Of a DNA stretch of 64,000 bases, positions 41,699 through 53,886 are shown in pieces (positions within the stretch are counted from its first letter, which is position 1; every line of letters begins with the position of its first letter). Origin of the DNA: Octopus bimaculoides (Eukaryota). Position numbers and translations under genes: made by a program. Location: positions 39,599,125-39,663,124 of the forward strand of contig NC_069001.1 in the NCBI RefSeq assembly GCF_001194135.2, given 5' to 3'. Under the pieces are notes generated by a model. It saw only the letters and a list, made by a program, of their open reading frames with translations. It ran no database searches and was not told the origin of the DNA.

Positions 41699-41841
41699 CA
41701 TGGGTATATGGTGTAGTGCTTCAGAACACGGGCTACTAACCCCAAGATTCCGAGTTCGATTCCAGGTAGTGACCTGAATAATAACAACAACAACATCGAA
41801 AAATACCTTAGCAATGAGAACCCAGGTTCATAATTTCCCAA

Positions 41842-41887
41842 GACACCTGATGAAGGCTGAAGGGGATATCAGCTGAAATGTTGTGTT
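41842..41887 (+). ncRNA. Minimal type I hammerhead ribozyme motif (PLE-type), partly decayed
   Basis: GACAC-CTGATGA-A-GGCTG-(10-nt loop)-CAGCT-GAAA-T-GTT-GTGTT. Stem I is GACAC/GTGTT, stem II is GGCTG/CAGCT, and the catalytic core is CUGAUGA...GAAA. Stem III is loopless, as in dimer-dependent PLE hammerheads; GAAAT instead of GAAAC fits CpG decay. Confidence 0.65.
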
Positions 41888-42522
41888 AACAACAAACAAG
41901 ATGAGGACAAATATCCATCAAATGTAAATAATGTATGCAAGTTTCTATTGTTAAAATATTCAATTCCTTTAATAAACCGATCATCTAAAGATAAATTCTG
42001 CATCATTATCTCTTACCTGTTTCAGTCATAGTACTGTGGCCATGCTGTGGCATTAATTCTCATCTAAATTAGATTTCAGTTAAAAACAAAAAAAGCTGGA
42101 AGAGAAATTTTTAAATATTTCACAACAAAAGTAACTACAAAAATAAACTAAATAAATTTTTGAAATAGATAATTATGTTGAGCTGCTTCATTAAAGATAA
42201 TGAGTGGTTCAAATTAAAATGAATCAGGATCCTGGTGTTCTACCTGTATTAAGGTCATTCAGAACATTTTCAAATATTTTCATGAATCCATCCATATTGT
42301 CCAACTGGGCATCAGTAAGGTTCAGAAGTTCGTGGGGCAAATGTGTGGTTTTTGGTTCCAGTCTTCTCCTCAGTACCTTGTCTTCTACCATAATTTCTCT
42401 GAATCAACCAAATACTTGTGAATAGAAGTGGAGAGACAGAAACTGTGAAGCCAATGAAAGTTTGTTGGAAGGCTGCCTTCTCTGTTTTTGGATGACAGAC
42501 TTGTTCGCCAACCAGTTTGAAA

Positions 42523-42690
42523 CCCTTGGGTACCTGCAGTAGAGCCCTATCTGTATCCACCTGGTTTAGCACCCTCACCAAGTCCCTGGGTATCTGTAGC
42601 AAAGTCTATTCTATAGTCACCTGGTTTAACATCCTCAACAGATTACCAGGTCCTTGGGTATCTGCACCAGAGTCTACTCTAAGGTCACAT
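42523..42690. repeat. Degenerate ~60-bp tandem repeat (about 2.7 units)
   Basis: Unit cc(c/t)tgggta(c/t)ctg..g.aga(g)..ta.tct...g.cacctggttta.ca.cctca. Periods are 60 and 68 bp. Confidence 0.75.
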
Positions 42691-43205
42691 GCCAGTCAGT
42701 AGGCCCACTACCCACTCTATTTTATATTTTTAATTAATGCAGTTTCTGAAATTGTCTCCCAGAATTAAGATATTTAGTTATTATTTCCCTGCCTTTTTGG
42801 ACCATAATTAATTAACATAACGGTTCTTCCACCCTGCTACAGTTGTAATTTTAATTAAACACTTCTCGATTCCTTCTTTTAGATATGTTAGAAATCACTT
42901 TACCAAATTTGATGATCTCTCTGTTATATTCAGTTTTCTTCACACAAAGGAATTCTTTCTGATGAGTTTCCCACCCTGACATTCCGGCAAGAATTCTGCA
43001 GGAATTTAATAGCGCGTGTCTAATGACAGCAGCACGTAGAATCTTTGAGCTCAGATAACCATTCTACCACTATCACCTGCCCCACACAGCAGGAGAGAAT
43101 TGTTGTTAGGGAAATATTCAAAAACAATGTGCATCTTTAAATAGAAATTATGAACAACACCCACTTTGGTAGGAAATTTATACACACACACACATACATA
43201 CATAC

Positions 43206-43253
<48 letters not shown>

Positions 43254-45387
43254 GCACACACACATGTAAATGATAGTGGGAGTGGTGGTTATGATTTGTT
43301 AAATGCACATGTCCATGTAAATTCTTCTTCTCATATATCGCAGTGGTATCGATCCATACCAACAGATATTCACTCCGGCAACATATCACTAAAGTAACTG
43401 AAAACCAAATTATTGATCAAAAACTCAATCTTCTCTCATGTGAACTTGAACAGTTTTTACAATTACTCCTGGCTGCATGTGATGGCTGTAATTGTAGAGG
43501 TTTCTCTCCAACTCTGTTGCATCAGCATCAGCATCACCATCATCATCATGTTGTAGGAGAAGGCCACAGCAATCCTTCTCTGACCATCACAAATTTCATA
43601 AGTAATTGTAGTCTCATGGCTGATTTGCCATGAACAACAGCAGGAACTGAAATGCTAAAAACTTAACTCAGAATATAAAGAATTGTGATAGATACCACAA
43701 AGGCCTTTGTTTTGATGCTCTACTGACTCTGGCTATTAGATGTGTGTGTGTGTGTGTGTGTGTGTAATGTGTGTCTGTGTGCATGCGCGCACACATGCTT
43801 TGATTATCACCGTTTAATGTCCATTTTTTGTGCTGGTACGAGTTGAAGAATTCAATAAGATCTGACTTGGTTGAGAGCTTCAATGTCTGCTTTGGCAAGC
43901 TTTCCAGAACTGGATGCCCTTCTTAATGCCAACCACTTTACAGAATGTACTGAGGGCTTGTTTTTATTTCTTCTGGCACCAGCACCAGTAAGATCGGCAA
44001 GTAACTTGCAAGACACTCTTGGAGAGACTCGGGGTGCAGTATTGAAAGAAGTGGTTTGTGCCAGGTATTGAGAGGCGTGCTCAGTGTCTCTGTAGCAGAC
44101 CTGCTAAGTTTAAAACAAAATTTCCCATTGGCTCTTTGTTCCTGTCCCATGTCAAAAGCACAGACTACAACATACACATGTGATCACAAAAACACAAATT
44201 TCATGAATTGCAAAATAAACACAGTAATGTCACTCAGCACACCACCTCACTAAGAACACTACTAGCTCTCACTGCGCAAGCAACTATGTGCTGTCATCTG
44301 TTGGTGTGCTACAGAACTAGTATGGGAACTTTTTGATACTACCTCGTAACATTATGGTCTTTTAATTTCCATCTATCAAATTCAGCCACAAAACATTGGT
44401 CATTCCAGGCCTATGGTGGAAGACACTTGTCTAAGATGCCACACTGTGGGACTGAACCTAAAACCATGCAGTTGGGAAACAAACTTCTTAACATTACAGC
44501 CATGTCTGTGCTATACACACACACACACACACACACACATGACTACCCAGTCACTATTCCCCCCCCACACACACACACACAATCACACACACACTAACAA
44601 TATCATAACAAATGCCTCCCCCCCCCCCTCTCTGGTGTTGAGATACTCAGCAGAGTTCACGATTGCAATTGGCGGCATACAATATTACTTTCTGACGTCA
44701 ATGCCATAGATTCTATGACTGCTCACACATGAAAATTTTCTGATTTTATTTTCCATCCCCAACTTCTTTTTTCCAAATAAAATTATTATGTAATCAGTTT
44801 ATTTTTGTCTCTTGCCTCATTATATCTGAGATAGCAAAAAAATATGTATAAACGCTGGAATCCAAAGTATTGTTGTTGTATTCCGTCCATTGCTTCGTAA
44901 CCACGGGGTGTGTTATTTAGATATAAATATCCTTTTTATTTTGTCAGAAAGGTTGAGAGCTTTGTGCAAGCTACTTACTTTCAGAAGCTTTATGCTTGAA
45001 ACTATCAAGTAAAAAACAAAAGAACATGGAGTGAATTTAATTTCTCATCTTTGTATTTACCTTATATCAAATACGTAAATTAATCATATCAACCAATATA
45101 CCAAACCCACATCTATTAAGATCAAATATATTGCACCATACTGGGACACAGTGTGCTTTGGCAAATTTTCTGTAACCCTTGAATGGATCAAAACTAGGTG
45201 AGGAAACTTGAAGCTGTTTTTTTTCTGAAGGCCACAAGTTCACTGAAATAGATTGTGGTGCTGCTATGGCACAATATTCTTTTATTTTTTTACTTGTTGC
45301 AGTCATTTGACTGTGGCCATGCTGGAGCACCACTTTGAAGGGTTTTAGTCAAACAAATCAACCCCAGGACTTATTCTCAACTGCACC

Positions 45388-45670
45388 CTACATATAATAA
45401 TCAAGGGTATTGCAGTCTGGGTAGTTAGATGGCCAGATGTTAGGGGTGATGTGGTCACAGAAATTGTCTAACAGCCATGACTGGCTTCTCCTGCTTGTGT
45501 GGCATGGTGCAGAGTCCTGTTTCCAGATATAGGGTCTTCTAGCAGCCCTCCACTTGATCCAGGGCAGCACTACCTCCCCCAGGCACTTGATGTAGGCCTC
45601 TGTGTTGAGTCTGAGGCCATGTGGGAAGATGAATGGAGGTTTATCCAGTAACAAGAGCATTTCCTCTCTC
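45388..45670 (-). pseudogene. maT/mori-family (DD37D) Tc1-mariner transposase fragment
   Basis: PPFIFPHGLRLNTEAYIKCL...WKQDSAPCHTSRRSQSWLLDNFCDHITPNIWPSNYPDCNTLDYY. Exactly 37 residues separate the second and third catalytic Asp. Confidence 0.8.
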
Positions 45671-45739
45671 TGATGACATCTGGTAGCCTATGACTGATGA
45701 TTAACTTTGCATAGCATTTTACAAGATTTTTAGCCAAAT

Positions 45740-45776
<37 letters not shown>

Positions 45777-46438
45777 NNNNNNNNNNNNNNNNNNNNNNNN
45801 NNNNNNNNNNNNNNNNNNNNNNNNNNNNNNNNNNNNNNNNNNNNNNNNNNNNNNNNNNNNNNNNNNNNNNNNNNNNNNNNNNNNNNNNNNNNNNNNNNNN
45901 NNNNNNNNNNNNNNNNNNNNNNNNNNNNNNNNNNNNNNNNNNNNNNNNNNNNNNNNNNNNNNNNNNNNNNNNNNNNNNNNNNNNNNNNNNNNNNNNNNNN
46001 NNNNNNNNNNNNNNNNNNNNNNNNNNNNNNNNNNNNNNNNNNNNNNNNNNNNNNNNNNNNNNNNNNNNNNNNNNNNNNNNNNNNNNNNNNNNNNNNNNNN
46101 NNNNNNNNNNNNNNNNNNNNNNNNNNNNNNNNNNNNNNNNNNNNNNNNNNNNNNNNNNNNNNNNNNNNNNNNNNNNNNNNNNNNNNNNNNNNNNNNNNNN
46201 NNNNNNNNNNNNNNNNNNNNNNNNNNNNNNNNNNNNNNNNNNNNNNNNNNNNNNNNNNNNNNNNNNNNNNNNNNNNNNNNNNNNNNNNNNNNNNNNNNNN
46301 NNNNNNNNNNNNNNNNNNNNNNNNNNNNNNNNNNNNNNNNNNNNNNNNNNNNNNNNNNNNNNNNNNNNNNNNNNNNNNNNNNNNNNNNNNNNNNNNNNNN
46401 NNNNNNNNNNNNNNNNNNNNNNNNNNNNNNNNNNNNNN

Positions 46439-46483
<45 letters not shown>

Positions 46484-47194
46484 CTCTGTTACAACAAGTG
46501 TTCCAGTTAATGTGATGAGACATCTAACCCATACTAGCATGGAATGTAGAAGTAAATTGATGATGATGATGATTTGTGTGTTTATGTTTACACTGGTCTA
46601 AAAGCTAGTGTTGTTTATGTCATATTCCTTTATGTCCTGTGACTTAGCAGTTTCACAAATAGTGTTCGATAAAATAAGTACTAATTAATTAAACAACTCC
46701 TGGGGTATCTGTCCAGCAATAGAATCCAGGTCCAGGGCAAAATATAATCCAAATATGAATCACACAAATTTATCCAGAGTTGGGCCTTTACAACAACAAC
46801 AACCTTTTATCATACATATGTTTGTTTGTTTGTGTTTTCTTTTTTGTCTGACTGTGGCAGCAGTTGTGACATTGATTTTGCTTAATCAATAGTCAATTAC
46901 TATCAGATAACACGTCTTTAATATAGAAAAATATCCTTGGATGATTTTGACAAAGTTATATTCATATTAAATATGTAACAGACTTAATCTGTTACCTAGA
47001 TTAACAGTCACCCCCATCACATGCACCCACGCACACTCACACACAAGCACTCACACACTCACACACATGTACACCTTTAAATCAGGAAGCACCTGTTCAG
47101 TTGTTATTTCCAGCAGGTTAAACAACCTGCTGGAAATAGCAGCCAAATCTCCCATAAATAACATTCTAAACAAAAACCAAGATTATTAAATATT

Positions 47195-47408
47195 CTTTTC
47201 TACTCCAGGCACAAGGCCCGAAATTTTGGGGGAGGGGCCAGTAGATTAGATCGACCCCAGTTCACAACCGGTACTTAATTTATCGAGCCTAAAAGGATGA
47301 AAGGCAAAGTTGACCTTGGCGGAATTTGAACTCAGAACGTAAAGACAGATGAAATACCGCTAAGCATTTCACCCAGCATGCTAACGTTTCTGCCGGCTCA
47401 CTGCCTTA
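47195..47408 (-). mobile_element. tRNA-derived SINE, family A (best-preserved copy)
   Basis: Minus strand: ggcagtgagccggcagaaacgttagc...ttctgagttcaaattccgcc..ggtcaactttgcctttcatcc..gataaattaagtacc. Contains a tRNA-like head with B box GAGTTCAAATTCC. Many similar copies occur in this window. Confidence 0.85.
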
Positions 47409-49376
47409 AAAACATTAAATATTGTAATCTTAGATACACTGTGCCTGAATAAAAAAAGATGGAATGGTCATAGCTTGATTGTCTTTGATCATAAATGTGC
47501 TGGATAAGGGCTGGCCTGGGGTCATATAACAAGAAAAACAATATCTTGCTCAAATATGAGATATTGCAGAAAGTCTTGAAATTCCAGTCTTCTTTGTTAC
47601 ATAATAAAGAAATGATTAATTATAATAATTAATGTTAACCAAATAATGAGCTTTGTTTTTAGTGCAAAATCTAATCCATGTGGAAAGCATTTTGAATTAT
47701 TAGCCATTCTTCTGATATTCAAATCATTAACTATTAAATGGTGTTAGAAGATTAATTAAACACAGGAGAGACAGAGCTGAATATTTTGAATACGTTGAAG
47801 CTAATGAATGGGGACATAGGTCTTGTGATAGATGCCGGGGTCAGCAAACCTTAATGAAGAAATAGCTCATGAAATAAATTTGACAAAATACTGTTGGAAA
47901 AATTTTTTGAAAAACAATAATTAAAAAAAAAAAAAAACCTATGCCTGAATAAATGTGGGTGGGGAGGATGCAAAAATCTGAATTTTTTGGTTGAGAATCA
48001 CTTAATAAATTCTGTAGATATTCTGTTGCAAGTGAGTTTGGTGAGAAGCTTACTATGGGAAAGAATCAAGTTCCTACACATTCACATCTTCACAAAATTC
48101 CAGTCATTTATGGATTCTCTTGAGTATTCTTCATTTCTCTTTGGTAAAATGAATTGGTTCTGTAATTCTGTGAAATTAACATACGAAAAGATGTTTACCA
48201 TTTCTCAACAAGACAAATCAATAAAAGCTCGTTGCTTTCTCATTTCTTTTTATACTCCACTTATTTTTTCTTTCTTTTTTTTTGTTTTCCATTCGCAAAC
48301 TCCACCCCACCCCCACCGCTTACCTATTTCTGTCTTTCTCACCCACACAATTCTACAGAGAAATTAATAGGAAGGTAATGGTAATGGGTGCGAACAGATC
48401 AAATTTAATTCCATTAATTCCATCATGTCAATTAAATTTATTTTGTGTTAGTTGGCGTTACAACAACTGATGGGTGGTGAAGAACTTCATTTCACAACTA
48501 CAGACTTTTGGGTTCAGTCCTAGTGCGTGGCACCTCGGACATGTGTCTTCTACTACCACCTCTTCAGATTGGCTAAAGCTGTCTGAAGAAAATTGGTAGA
48601 CAAAACTGTGTGGAACCAGTGGCGTAGCATGATGGTTTGTCTGTCAAAATGGCTTCCCCCTTCGTTTAAACATTCCATACCTTCAGCTGTAGCTAAAACA
48701 CATAATATAGTCACTCGGTGTGGTTTGCACACCCACCATGCCTCACGATGTGTCACTGGTGGAAAACTATTGTGGGGATTCCACCTGGTTTAACACAACC
48801 ACCTGATCCTTGGCTAGTAGAGTCCAGTATGTTACAGGAACAAAAGCCAGACCTCTGGTCAGAAAATAATTTCCTCTCTTTCTGCTGCCAGTCAAGAAAA
48901 CTCTAAAAGAGGAATATTACCATTTCTTTGACTGAAACACAAAAGAGAATTTCATTTCACTCTAAAATATAGACTTAGTTTTCTGTTGCATCATTCTCAT
49001 CTTTCATTAGTCCGTACCATATTTAATACAGTTTATAAGTTTATAGATGAGGTAATGAAGAATATGTGCTGGTCGATAATGGTTTGTGTTCTTTGTGTCA
49101 AAATAATTAGGGCAAATATGTTATCAGTCAGTCAGAGAAAGAAAAAAACGAAATACTTCAGCAAGGAAGAAGAGAAAATGGTTTCAGCAATTTTATATGT
49201 GAAGGTGTTAAAACAGGCATAACAGCTCACCTCACTCTCTCTCTCTCTCTCTCTCTCTCTTTTCAATTTCTCTTTTTCTTTCTCTCTCTTTCTCTTGATA
49301 TATTGCTATGATTTTCTTTCCTTCTATTTCTCTTTCTCTCCCTTTTCTATTTATACAACTATCTGCCAATCTCCCA

Positions 49377-49421
<45 letters not shown>

Positions 49422-49499
49422 TTATTTATCCATCTACCCACCTCTCTATCTATTATCAAGACAAATAGAAGCTAACAATTTTCTATTTATCTTGCAGAT

Positions 49500-49705
49500 G
49501 ATAGATAGGTAGGTAGGTAGCTAGGTAGCTAGGTAGGTAGATAGATAGATAGATAGGTAGCTAGGTAGCTCGGTAGATAGATAGATAGGTAGGTAGGTAG
49601 CTAGGTAGCTAGGTAGGTAGATAGATAGATAGATAGGTAGGTAGGTAGCTAGGTAGATAGATAGATAGATAGGTAGGTAGGTAGGTAGGTAGATAGATAG
49701 ATATT
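49500..49705. repeat. Compound (TAGG)/(TAGA)/(TAGC) tetranucleotide array
   Basis: Seen directly. Confidence 0.95.
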
Positions 49706-50308
49706 ATTCCTCATTGATACAGACTGTATCTTGATCATTTTAAAGTTGCATTTTTAAATTCAGCTCTAACTAATTGGGGAGTTGGAGAGATAATATGGGT
49801 GAAAACTCATTACCAAACACACACACACACACACTGCTGTAAGAAAACATAAATTATAAATTTGGTGTTATCCTAATAATTAATATGAAAATACTAATTA
49901 ATTAACATGCTAATTAGTGAAACAAGGAGGTAAAAAAAACTTTTAATGAAGAGAAAAATAACTTGTTTTTTTAATTCTGGTGAAGAACAGCAAGGGAGAC
50001 AACACACGTAACATGAATTATTGATAGACTGCAACATATCCTTTTCCTTCACTCTTTTTAAAAAATGGCACTCCATCGGTTACAATGATGAGGTTCCTGC
50101 TTATCTGATGCAAATTTCAAATGAGGTATAACTGTGAAAAGCCCAGAAAATTGGGTAATATCCCTTACAAAATGGGTGGAGGAGAAATGTTGCCAACAGG
50201 TGGCTACACGAAATTCAACTCTATACTTTAAAGAGTGTTTTCCGCTATAGCCTTGGGCCGACCAAAACCTCGTAAGTGAATTTGGTAGACGGAAACTGAA
50301 AGAAGCTC

Positions 50309-50347
<39 letters not shown>

Positions 50348-53300
50348 ATTATATTTTTATGTGTGTGTGTTTGTCTCCACCACCACCACTGTTTGACAAC
50401 TGATGTTTATGTGTTTGCATCACTGTAACTTAGCTGTTCAGCAGAAAAGACTGATAGAATAAACACCAGGTTTACAGAGAATAAGTCCAGGGGTCGATTT
50501 CTTCTACTGAAGGGCAATGCTCCGGCATGGCCATTGTCAAATGACTGAAACAAGTAAAAGAATAAAAGAGTACCAGAAGAATGTTCCATACCACTAAACC
50601 AAGAAGGTTCTTTGAATATCTTCAATGTATTTTTGAGGTTAAATAGCAATTCTGTTTATGTTTGTGTAACTGAGATATTTTGGTTGGGTTATGATAGTTA
50701 TTGGTTTTACACTTCTTTCTAGATTCTGTAACTATCATAATATAGAAGCATTTCTCATGGCATCAGCGCACAATTTACAGAAGCTTACACCTTTTATATT
50801 TTCCATGTGTCCAGCTCGTTACTAGTATTAACGATGGAATTAGAATCTGTGTGAGATCATTAAAGCAGTCAATTTGTAGAATCCTTACAACATCAGGAAA
50901 ATATGTTGTGGTCATTGTTTCAACATTCTATGCTGAGTTCAAATCTAACCAATGTTAACTTTGCCATTAATCCCTCTGGAGCCTAAAAATAGAATAGCAG
51001 TCAAGAATAGGAGCTGATTCCTTCCTTTCTCTTTCTCTCTCTCTCTCTCCCTTTGCCCTGTGAGAGGGTCAGAGGGAATCACTCATTGCAACCCTTTCCA
51101 ACAAGAAATGAGGAAGAAGAGATGAGCAAAGGACCTGCAACCCTGTTTAGCTTGTTACAAAAACCATCCCAAAACTCAAAGAGAACCGATGGTGTTGTAT
51201 GGCATGAAATAAAATAAGATTAGAATTATTATTATTAAAATCAAGAACCATAGAAATCCATTGTGGTTCCTCTGCCACCAAAATGGAAAATAAAATAAAT
51301 ACAATATTTTCCATTTCTTCAGAGAAAATCCATTGACTTCTTGTATATTTTTGTTCCATATTTACACAGGATTTAATGTTCTGTTGTTGTTTTATTTTAA
51401 TATAGATATTCTGTAATAAATAATTTATATTAATGGTTTTTAAGATCATACAATATTTAAATAACAGGATGAAATGTCAATTGATTGTTACCACAGTGAA
51501 TAACAAGTTCAGTTTTTCCAATAGATTGGCTCAACTTAGCTGATGTCAGTTTTGCAGAAGATGATAAACTGTGGCTGGAAAGGTCACGGCCCAGTTCAGT
51601 TTGATATTTTCCAATAACTGACTTTATGCTAACATCTGCAATGAAGAGGAAATTTTCTCACAAGACAAACTATTTTGTTGAATTAGACACAAAGAAAGGC
51701 CACATCTAAGGTTGGCAAAAAGAAAAAGAAAATGCTTTTTCTTTTCTTTTTCTTGAATTGGAAAGTTCAGTTTCAAATCTAGATATTTCTATCCCAGTTA
51801 CCAATGATCTTGTGTTGACGACAAATTGTAAGAAAATGTTATGAAACCAAATGATATCAAAGATGTGAAACAGGGAAATTAAACACAATCCTTTTCACTC
51901 CTGATATAAATGTCTTTAAAAAATATTTATTTGATGTAGAATCATTTTTTTAAATCATTGTTTTACTGCGTAACTTGGTAGACGTTGTTCGTGTTGCCAG
52001 TCACTTGGTAGACCTTGTCAGTGTTAGCTGTTGCTTGGTAGAATACATTAGTTTATCTCTATAGATTTTCTATTGAATTCAGAGCCACTACTGCAAGTTA
52101 TGATGTTTTGTGTATGAATATATCTATACAAACAATGTGATCAAAGACAGAAAAAATATGAAATGGGTGTATAAGCATATTGCAAGAGTTGTTGCTCGTA
52201 CATCAGGACCACGTCCAACCCACATTCTCCATGATCACACAGCAAAAATACCCACCAAGTTTAGTGGTGTAACACTATTGCATGGACCAATTCACACTCG
52301 TTGTCATCTTACATCTGCTTTGCCATGCTAGCATGGGTTGGAAAGTTTGACAGGAGCTGGCAAGGTCGAGAGCTGCCCAGATTCCAATTGTCTGTTTTGG
52401 CATCGTTCCTATGACTGGATGCCCTTCCTAATGCCAACCACTTCACAGAGTGTGACACTGGGCACTTTTATGTGGCACCATCAGTAGGGCTTTTTGTGTG
52501 ACACCAGCACTCCCGCCTGATTGCTATAATATTTCTGTACATCTCACATGTTACTCTGAAATTCCAAGTAAAGATGTTATTGCAAGAACAATCCCCAGGC
52601 AAGGGGCCATGTGGATGATGGCAAGGGGCTGTCTGGATGAAGGCAAGATGCCATGTGGCTGAAGGCAATGGGCTGTGTGGCTGAAGGTTAGAGATTGTGT
52701 GGTTAAATGTTTGTTTTGTCTTCAGTTGGCCTCTTGTTTGGTCCCTGTGCTCAACATCTTGAGCAAGTGTTCCTTATAACAGCCTTAGGATGAACAATAA
52801 CTTGTCATGCTAAATTGGTCGATGGAAACTGTACAGAAACCTTTCATGAGTTTCTACACCAATGAAGTATAACAGAGATTCAAAACCTAATCCCTGGACA
52901 CTTGGTCAGACACCTCAAGTGAACTCTCATACTTTCATGTAATCAATCAATCAGTCAGAGTAAGGCTGTGGTGTGATATGCTTGAACACAACCTCTTTTC
53001 CCATTTGGTGCTGCATGTTGCCACGCAGTTAGCTTTCTGTAATTTCAGTGCAGTTTGTCTCTTTCCTATTCAGTAATTATTTATAGTGTTCATTGTAAAT
53101 AACCAACACCCAGTATCTTTATTACGTCCAGCCATAAATAATCAGTCAAACGTTTGCCAGTTGCTTCAGGTTACTATTTCCCCAGCCAATGAAATGTTTC
53201 CTCATCTCCCTCTCGTGCTGAAGCAACAAGCAGTCAGTGACATATGCAATCACAGGGGGAAAGAAAAAATCAATACAAAATGGTGTTCTGAAGAAAGAAC

Positions 53301-53854
53301 TCTGTGATGTTTGTTCTGATCCCAATCACAGACACTCCCTTGTCATTCTCACATCAGTTAGCTAGTGACTAGCTGCTGCCAGAGACCTGTAATCAATTAC
53401 TCAATAGTTCACCAATTGCTAAAATATGCAATAATCTGATTGGTCAAATCCTTAGAGAATCAGATTAAATGCCATGCAGTACTAATGGATCTTTGTGGGT
53501 TTTAGTTGATATCTGATTTAGGTAAATTTTGTCATTCGACTTTTCTGGGTCATTAAATAAACTATCAACAAATGTTGGAGATCAATCGAATATTCCCATA
53601 AAATCTTCTTCAATGAAACTCTAACAAAACAAGGTATTACAGTCTTATCATAAGACAGTACTGCAGTTATAACATAACATTCGAAATGGTAATGCAATTA
53701 TTATAGAAGATTAACTCATGCTAAGACCACTTTGTTAGCTTTGCCTTCCTTTTGTTTTGGCCATGCTGGAGTACAGCCTTCATCTGCAGCTTTATAAGAA
53801 AAGATTGCTTCTTCTCAGCAGATGGAATTAAAGTTTTCACCAACAGCTGGAGTG

Positions 53855-53886
<32 letters not shown>

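Larger units (their letters stand above)
41605..41935. mobile_element. Non-autonomous palindromic element: 92-bp inverted arms with Penelope-type hammerhead motifs flanking a tRNA-like core
   Basis: Left arm 41605-41696 is the near-perfect reverse complement of right arm 41844-41935. The core has A box TGGTGTAGTGC (41709-41719), B box GAGTTCGATTCC (41752-41763) and an (AAC)n tract. Confidence 0.8.

Noticed and set aside
41697-41775. Possible functional tRNA gene
   Set aside because: A and B boxes and an anticodon-like loop are present, but the acceptor and anticodon stems do not pair well. It is treated as a SINE-type head.
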